This document shows, one piece after another, positions 1-5,623 of a stretch of 16,635 nt of DNA. The notes below the pieces were generated by a model, which had not been told where the DNA came from, ran no database searches, and saw only the letters and a list, made by a program, of their open reading frames with translations. The position numbers and the translations under genes are program-made. The DNA comes from Myxococcales bacterium (GTDB lineage: Bacteria; Myxococcota_A; UBA9042), in assembly GCA_037441385.1 (NCBI GenBank), contig JBBISH010000132.1, positions 1 through 16,635 of the forward strand, read 5' to 3'. The first letter of the stretch is position 1. The number at the start of each line of letters is the position of its first letter.

Positions 1-1428
1 GTCGCAGTTGGGCCCTGCGCCGCCGATGCAGGTGTACTTGCCCGAGCTCGGGTCGGTGCCGCACTTGTCGCCGGTGGTGCACTCGCTGCCGTCGCTGCAC
101 GAGGCGCCGGACTGGGCGAAGACGCAGTTGCCGGTGGCCTTGTCGCACGAGTCGGTGGTGCAGGGCTCGTTGTCGTTGCACACCTTGGCGCTGCCTGCGA
201 CGCAAGTCCCGTTTTGGCAGGAGTCGCCCACGGTGCACGCATCGGCGTCGGCGTCGCAGTCGCTGACGAGATTCTTGTGGTCGCAGCCGGTCTTGGGGTC
301 GCACGTGTCGGCGGTGCAGGGCTTGCCGTCGTCGCAGGCGAGCAGCTTGCCCTTGGTGCACAGGCCGTCTTTGCAGAAGTCGTCGACCGTGCAGATGCTC
401 CCGTCGGCGTCGCAGGGGATACCGGTCTGGGTCAACTGCGCCACGCACTTGCCCGAGGTAGGCTCGCACAGGGTCTTTTTGCAGATGCCGTCGGTGCTGG
501 TGTCGCAGGTCACGGCGGTGTTGGGCTTGTACTTGCACGCCGTGAGCGCGCCCGACTTGTCGCAGTAGGGCGTGCCGTTGCACAGGTTGTCGCCCAGCTT
601 GACCACGCACTGAGCGTCGTTGTCGCACGCGCAGGTGTTGGTGCCCGACTGGCAGACGCCCTTGTCGTCGCACTTGTCGGCCACGCTGCAGCTGTTGCCG
701 TCGTCGCAGGCCATGCCGGTCAGCGCCTTGTTCAAGCAGCCCAAGGCCGGATTGCAGGTGTCGCTGGTGCACGGGTTGTTGTCTGCACAGGTCTTGGCGG
801 GGTCGATCGGCGTGCCGTTGCACGAACCGTTGCTGCACTTGTCGCCGGCCGTGCAGGCGTCGCCGTCGTCGCAAGCCTCTGTGTTGGGGCTGTGCTTGCA
901 GCCTGTGACCTTGTCGCAGCTGTCGGCGGTGCACGAGTTGTTGTCGTCGCACTTGTTGGGCGCGCCACCGCAAACGTCCGAGGCGCAGACATCGCTGAGC
1001 GTGCATGCGTTGCCGTCGTCGCAAGGCATCCCGTCTTTGTAGTCGTACTTGCACTTGCCCGCGTCGGCGCCGACCAGCGAGCACTTGCCGACCACGCACT
1101 GGCTGCCCGAGTCGCACGCCTTGGGCGGGCCCGCGGTGCACTTGCCGTCGATGCAGGCGTCGCCCACCGTGCACGGATTGTCGTCAAAGTCGCAGCCCAC
1201 GGTGTTGTTGTCGTGCTTGCAGCCAGCCTTGGGGTCGCACGAGTCGTCGGTGCAGACGTTGTTGTCGTCGCAGTTGGCGATCTTGCCGGTCAGGCACTTG
1301 CCGTTCAGGCAGTAGTCGTCTTTGGTGCATACGCTGCCGTCGGCGTCGCACAAGCCGTTGCTGTTGATGTGGCTGCAGCCGGCCTTGGGATCGCAGGTGT
1401 CGTCGGTGCAGGGCAAGTTGTCGTCGCA
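1..1428 (-). repeat. Intragenic array of about 16 four-Cys repeats of about 24 aa, alternating between two unit types
   Basis: Type A is CDDNNxCTxDxCDPKxGCxH and type B is CDxDGxxCTxxDxCxxGxC, e.g. CDDNLPCTDDTCDPKAGCSH, CDADGSVCTKDDYCLNGKC, CDDNNVCTDDSCDPKAGCKH, CDFDDNPCTVGDACIDGKC. Confidence 0.9.
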
Positions 1429-2331
1429 GGCCGCTTCGTCGGTCTGACCGTCGCAGTCGTTGTCTTTGCCGTCGCAGATCTCGGCCTCTGGGGCGTCCGC
1501 CAAGCAGTCGGACAAGCCGCCGCCCTTGGGCGCGCCGGGCTTGCCGTCGGCCAGGCAGATGCGCTTGCCGCTGCACTTGCTCGATCCCACCGTCTTGGAG
1601 CACGTCGTGTAGGCTTCGTTCTTGATGGCCGCGGCGTTGCAGGTGCAGGCCGCGCCGCTGGCGGGCACGCATTGCTTGCTGGTCAGGCCATTCAAATCGT
1701 TGACATCTTTGCACTCGTAGTTCTTGGGGCACGAATCGCTGCCGCTGCACGCCACGCCACAGAAGGCACCGCCGGGGCCGCCGTCTACGCAGCGCGCGCC
1801 CGAGCTGCCGGGCGGCTGGCACTGGGTGTTCGACGTGCACGGGTTGCACAGGTTGGGCGCGTCCGGCAGGCAGACGTTTAACACATCGCCGCCCGAGCCG
1901 GCCACGGTGCCGCACTTGAACCCGCTGGGGCAGATGCTGTCGTTGCAGGTCTTGGCGCACACTTGGCCGTCGGGGGAGTCCAGGCAGTAGCCAGAGTCGC
2001 AGTCGGCGGTGCCCTTGCAGGGGCAACCGGCCGCGCCCGGACAGTTGGGGCCCGTGTCGCCGGTGTTGGCATCGCCCGCGTCGGTCTTGACGCTGTCGCC
2101 CAGCACGGTCAGGTCTTTGTCGTCGGTGGCGTCGCCCGTCTGCTCGTCGGCGCCGCCGATGTCCAACACGACTTGCGTGTCGCTCGCCACGTCTTTGGCA
2201 GACGCTCCTGGGTTCGCGGCCGTGCCGCCCGAGCTGCCGCAGGCGCTGATCACCAGGGCCAAGGCGGCGGCCAGGCTGGCCAAATGCGCGGTTCGACGCA
2301 GGTTATCCGTACAGAGGTAGAGCTCGCGCAT
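1..2331 (-). CDS. Large Cys-rich repeat surface lipoprotein (Dictyostelium CTDC-type repeats plus MopE-like putative metal-binding motif), 3' end beyond the window
   Basis: Hand-translated open frame of 777 codons with no stop, from ATG 2331 to base 1, which is why the ORF track misses it. AAGGAGG Shine-Dalgarno at 2338-2344. N-terminus MRELYLCTDNLRRTAHLASLAAALALVISAC has a lipobox (Cys31), then a D/T/A-rich linker, a Cys-rich domain, EICDGKDNDCDGQTDE (1435-1482) and many CDDxNxCTxDxC units. Confidence 0.93.
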   Translation of the reverse strand, partial: MRELYLCTDNLRRTAHLASLAAALALVISACGSSGGTAANPGASAKDVASDTQVVLDIGGADEQTGDATDDKDLTVLGDSVKTDAGDANTGDTGPNCPGAAGCPCKGTADCDSGYCLDSPDGQVCAKTCNDSICPSGFKCGTVAGSGGDVLNVCLPDAPNLCNPCTSNTQCQPPGSSGARCVDGGPGGAFCGVACSGSDSCPKNYECKDVNDLNGLTSKQCVPASGAACTCNAAAIKNEAYTTCSKTVGSSKCSGKRICLADGKPGAPKGGGLSDCLADAPEAEICDGKDNDCDGQTDEAACDDNLPCTDDTCDPKAGCSHINSNGLCDADGSVCTKDDYCLNGKCLTGKIANCDDNNVCTDDSCDPKAGCKHDNNTVGCDFDDNPCTVGDACIDGKCTAGPPKACDSGSQCVVGKCSLVGADAGKCKYDYKDGMPCDDGNACTLSDVCASDVCGGAPNKCDDNNSCTADSCDKVTGCKHSPNTEACDDGDACTAGDKCSNGSCNGTPIDPAKTCADNNPCTSDTCNPALGCLNKALTGMACDDGNSCSVADKCDDKGVCQSGTNTCACDNDAQCVVKLGDNLCNGTPYCDKSGALTACKYKPNTAVTCDTSTDGICKKTLCEPTSGKCVAQLTQTGIPCDADGSICTVDDFCKDGLCTKGKLLACDDGKPCTADTCDPKTGCDHKNLVSDCDADADACTVGDSCQNGTCVAGSAKVCNDNEPCTTDSCDKATGNCVFAQSGASCSDGSECTTGDKCGTDPSSGKYTCIGGAGPNCD

Positions 2332-2517
2332 CCACGGCCTCCTTGGCCTTGCTGATTCGGCAGAGCGACCGCCGGATGGTCGCGCGGGACTGTTTTGCCA
2401 GCCTGCGCGCCGGAGTCGCCGAACACTTCAAAACGCTTGCAACCTGCGGGCGAGCCGCAGGGCGCCAACCGGGGCCATCGCAATGTAGCGAGGTTTGCAG
2501 ACCCAATGCAAATTCCC

Positions 2518-3150
2518 TCAGGGTTCTGGGGCAAACCCCTCGTATTCCTTTGCCAACGCCGACGCAACACGCTGGTAGCGCGCAAACGGCCCCGCCGCTT
2601 CCAACAGGGCAATGTCGTCGCCGATGACGTACAGGGTCTCGGCCATCATCCAGTCTTCCGAGCCGTGCGGCACCACGAACTCGGCGGTGCAGCCGCCCAA
2701 GCCCTGCTTGGTGGTAAAGCAGCGCTTGGCGTGGAGCAGGTAGCCGCGCGCCACCAGGTGCCGCTCCATGGCGTCGGTCCAAAACGCTAGGTCGGCCTTG
2801 GGGTAGTTGCGCACGGTCCGCGACCGCAGGCGCACGCCGTCCGGGGTGATGAAGGCGAGCCCGCTCTTCTTTTGGTAGCGGACGAATCCTTCTGGAGTAT
2901 TCATATGGTAGACCGGGCCACACCCCGCCAAGCTGGCGAGCAAGCCGGCCAAGACCAGGGCTACCCAGAGCGGCCAAGCGCGGCCGCGGCGCTTTGGGGC
3001 CTGTGTAAGAATAACTCGATCGGTCGCGTACGCGCGGAGCGGTGCGACGCCCAGTAGGGGCGCGCACTTGCGACCCACCCAGCAGGGGGAAAGGGCTCGC
3101 CAAAATCGACTAGATTTTGCGCGGGCCCTTTGCTCACTTCTCAAAGTCAT
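2518..3150 (-). CDS. Small lipoprotein of unknown function (possibly PsbP/DcrB-like fold), paralogous to the C-terminal domain of 3937-5289; start uncertain
   Basis: KRRGRAWPLWVALVLAGLLASLAGC is a clear lipoprotein signal (Cys codon 2920-2922). Mature region YHMNTPEGFVRY...NYPKADLAFWTDAMERHL. Nearest in-frame starts are ATG 3150 and GTG 3078, both unusually far upstream. Confidence 0.8.
   Translation of the reverse strand: MTLRSEQRARAKSSRFWRALSPCWVGRKCAPLLGVAPLRAYATDRVILTQAPKRRGRAWPLWVALVLAGLLASLAGCGPVYHMNTPEGFVRYQKKSGLAFITPDGVRLRSRTVRNYPKADLAFWTDAMERHLVARGYLLHAKRCFTTKQGLGGCTAEFVVPHGSEDWMMAETLYVIGDDIALLEAAGPFARYQRVASALAKEYEGFAPEP
2997..3128. mobile_element. Palindromic MITE/REP-like insertion remnant
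   Basis: Ends GGGCC (2997-3001) and GGCCC (3124-3128) are inverted and flanked by a TTTG direct repeat (2993-2996, 3129-3132). Strong hairpin 3090-3131 (aaagggctcgc-caaaatc-gacta-gattttg-c-gcgggcccttt). Left end GGGCCTGTGTAAGAATAAC resembles, from memory, IS1182-derived MITE ends. Confidence 0.5.
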
Positions 3151-3940
3151 GGTCAAACCTATCCAAGTCCAGGGTGTTCAGCCAACCGAACGGCGAGTGC
3201 ACGTAGCTGATGTGCTGGCGCGGGTGGAATTGGAACGAGACCTGCACCCGGGCCTGGCGCACGCTGGCGCGGGCCACGTTCAGCTCGCCCTGCAGCGCCT
3301 CGATCTCGGCCACCAACTGGGTCATCGAGCTCTCGATGCGCAGCGTGGACTGGGTGTCCGAGTCGTCGAAGAAGCTGCGCATGCGGCCCAAGATCTCGCG
3401 CTTGCTACGCAACTTGGCCTCGAGCTGCACGATCTGCTCGGTCAAGTCCACCCGCTGCAGCGACTTCTGCAGCACGATGCCCGCGGCGGCCAGTTGATCG
3501 ACGGTGTCGGCGAGCGCCGACTGGGGCACTTCTAGGTACAACTCGTTTTCGGTGACCAGGGTTGGGTGCCCCCCGGCGGCCGCCAACCGGGCCAGCGCGG
3601 CTTTGCGCACCTCGTCGGGGTGCACGACCTTGACCGTCAAGGTAGCGGTCACTTGGACCAGGCGAGCGTCCAAATTCTTCTTTCCGTCTGCCGCCTTGTC
3701 GGCCTTATCCGCCTTGTCGGCGGTCTTGCGGGCCGGATCGCCGTCGATAGCCGCCTGGTCGCCGGTCGGGCGATCGGCGGGCGCTTTACTGGGCGGAGCG
3801 GGCGGCGGCGGGGCCACGGCGGCCTTGCTGGCCGGCTCGCTGGCGAGCGCAGCGCCGGACAGGACAGCCAGGGCGGCCACCGCCAGACCCGAGCGCCGGG
3901 CCAGCGCGGCAGAAGGTGCCAAAGACATCGGCTTGTTCAT
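3134..3940 (-). CDS. Secreted DUF4349-domain protein (268 aa)
   Basis: ATG 3940 with GGAGG at 3948-3952 and an ATGA overlap with the upstream stop. Sec-type signal (…LAVAALAVLSGAALA), Pro/Ala/Lys linker, then the DUF4349 pattern: TATLTVKV…AGG…LEVP…GIVLQKSLQRVDLTEQIVQLEAKL, coiled coil, ARVQVSF; ends VHSPFGWLNTL…. Confidence 0.85.
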   Translation of the reverse strand: MNKPMSLAPSAALARRSGLAVAALAVLSGAALASEPASKAAVAPPPPAPPSKAPADRPTGDQAAIDGDPARKTADKADKADKAADGKKNLDARLVQVTATLTVKVVHPDEVRKAALARLAAAGGHPTLVTENELYLEVPQSALADTVDQLAAAGIVLQKSLQRVDLTEQIVQLEAKLRSKREILGRMRSFFDDSDTQSTLRIESSMTQLVAEIEALQGELNVARASVRQARVQVSFQFHPRQHISYVHSPFGWLNTLDLDRFDHDFEK

Positions 3941-5289
3941 GGCTGCACCTCCAGGGTCGTCAGCGCCTGCAGCAAACCGTCGCGGTGCAGCTTCCACGCG
4001 GCGTCGCTGGGCACAAAGACTTCGGCCACATAGACCCACTCGCCCGCGACCGCCGTGCCGACCACGTAGTAGCGCGGGCGCACGTCTTTGTTCCGGTAAA
4101 CGCGGACTTGCAGGCCGCCGATGGTCTTTTGCTCCACCAACTCCTCGTCGCGCCCTTCCATTTCGTGCTGCACGGCCAGCGACCAGAAGTTGGCGTCGCC
4201 CTTGGGCTCATTGACCACGCGGCCCACGCGGAGGAGCGACGTGTCGGCGGCCTGGGCGCGGAACACGTCATCCTCGGCAAACAGAACAAACCCTTGCGGC
4301 ATCTGCATTTGGATGCCCTTCTTGCCCTGCGTCAGCGTGACAAGGTGCGCCGTCAGGCTGCGGATCCAGGCAAACGGCGAGCGGTGCACTTCGCCCGCGC
4401 CGTCTTGCACCACGGGCTCGACGTCGATGGTAATCGTAAAGTAGTCCGCCAAGTTGCGCAGAGCCGCCAGCGTCGACTCGGCGGTTTCGATCGCCTCGGT
4501 CAGGCGCTTGATCTCCTCTAGGATCTGCAGGCGCTCTTCGGTGGTCTTGACCCGCTCGAGCAGCTGCAGCAGCCGCGCGCGCGCCTGGCTGGCCACCTGC
4601 AGACGGCTCTCTACGTCGGTAAACTGCCGCGATACGTCCACGGCCTTGACCCGCCGGTCCAAAATCTCGCCCACTGCGGCAAAGCGCGCCATCGCCGCGT
4701 CAAAATCCGTTGCGGGCACGCGCACCACCACCGTGCGGCCGGACAGGGTCTGCACGTAGCCCCCCGCGGCCTGGGCCAGCTTGGTAATCTCGTCAAAGGC
4801 CTCGATCTGTCGGCGGACGCGCAGGCGCAGGTAGCCAAAGTACACCACCAGTGGCTGTTCGACCTTTTTTTCGCCCTTGACTTCTTTGCCCTTGGGGTCG
4901 CTGTGGCCCGGCTGCTGGGGCGGCTGCTGATAGGCCTGCGACGGGGCAGACTTCTCGCGCGAGCCGCCGCTGCTGTCGTAGCTGGACTTGTGGGGCGCTG
5001 CGGGAGCCGGCGGGCGCGGTGCGGAAGCGACACGGGGCGGTGGCGCGGGGACGGAGTCCGCAGTAAACGCAACCTCGCGACGCGACTCCGCTTCTTCGGA
5101 TGCGCCTGCTGCTGCCGGGTTGTCGTAGCCGCCGCTAGCTGCATAGCCTTCTTCTTGGACCACTTGGGCACTGTAGCCGCCACAGTTGCCAAGCAAGGTC
5201 AGCAACAAGATCTGGGCCAACGCAATACCCCGGATTGGCCTGCTTGCTGGGTTTGATCGATCGCTGTTCGTGAGCGGTCTGCCCGTCAT
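3937..5289 (-). CDS. DUF4349-domain probable lipoprotein with an extra C-terminal domain (450 aa)
   Basis: ATG 5289 with GGAGGT at 5295-5300; the track start at 5889 is over-extended. Signal ending LLGNC (non-canonical lipobox), Pro/Ser/Gln linker, DUF4349 core (YFGYLRLRV…AGGYV…VRVP…DVSRQFTDVESRL…FTITIDV), VHRSPFAWIRSL, then a domain of about 130 aa. Confidence 0.88.
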   Translation of the reverse strand: MTGRPLTNSDRSNPASRPIRGIALAQILLLTLLGNCGGYSAQVVQEEGYAASGGYDNPAAAGASEEAESRREVAFTADSVPAPPPRVASAPRPPAPAAPHKSSYDSSGGSREKSAPSQAYQQPPQQPGHSDPKGKEVKGEKKVEQPLVVYFGYLRLRVRRQIEAFDEITKLAQAAGGYVQTLSGRTVVVRVPATDFDAAMARFAAVGEILDRRVKAVDVSRQFTDVESRLQVASQARARLLQLLERVKTTEERLQILEEIKRLTEAIETAESTLAALRNLADYFTITIDVEPVVQDGAGEVHRSPFAWIRSLTAHLVTLTQGKKGIQMQMPQGFVLFAEDDVFRAQAADTSLLRVGRVVNEPKGDANFWSLAVQHEMEGRDEELVEQKTIGGLQVRVYRNKDVRPRYYVVGTAVAGEWVYVAEVFVPSDAAWKLHRDGLLQALTTLEVQP

Positions 5290-5401
5290 GGTGAACCTCC
5301 GCGACCGGCACCATACGCTGCCACGGTGCGGGTGACAATACGGCGAGGGGGTGCCACCCAGGGCGAACCGGGGTACCTTGCCCCCAGGTACAATTCTTTG
5401 C

Positions 5402-5430
5402 TTGCAGCCCAGCGTCTTGCCGAGTACCTT
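5402..5430 (+). promoter_or_regulatory. Putative sigma70 promoter for the 5624 lipoprotein gene
   Basis: TTGCAG (5402-5407), 17-bp spacer, TACCTT (5425-5430). A second candidate GTGCCA-N17-TACCTT lies at 5351-5379. Confidence 0.5.
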
Positions 5431-5525
5431 GCAAAGTGGCTCGGTTTGCGAGCGCGGCGGCGGCACCCATGCCCCAACGCCTGGGTTCGCTGCGCGGCAC
5501 CGACTGGGAAGGCAAAGGCGCGACG

Positions 5526-5589
5526 GCAAGAACGGCACAGCAAGAACGGCACAGCAAGAACGGCACAGCGGGAACGGTACAGCAAGAAC
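5526..5589 (+). repeat. Non-coding 14-bp tandem repeat (GCAAGAACGGCACA), about 4.6 copies
   Basis: Three exact copies (5526, 5540, 5554), one variant GCGGGAACGGTACA (5568) and a partial GCAAGAAC (5582). Confidence 0.95.
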
Positions 5590-5623
5590 AGGGCGTGAAC
5601 GTTCGATCCTTGGGAGGCTCCAA

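Noticed and set aside
8..2355. Long plus-strand ORFs (e.g. 214-1881, 555 aa; 8-568)
   Set aside because: Antisense shadows of the Cys-rich minus-strand gene; V/A/G-rich or S/P/L-rich with no motifs.
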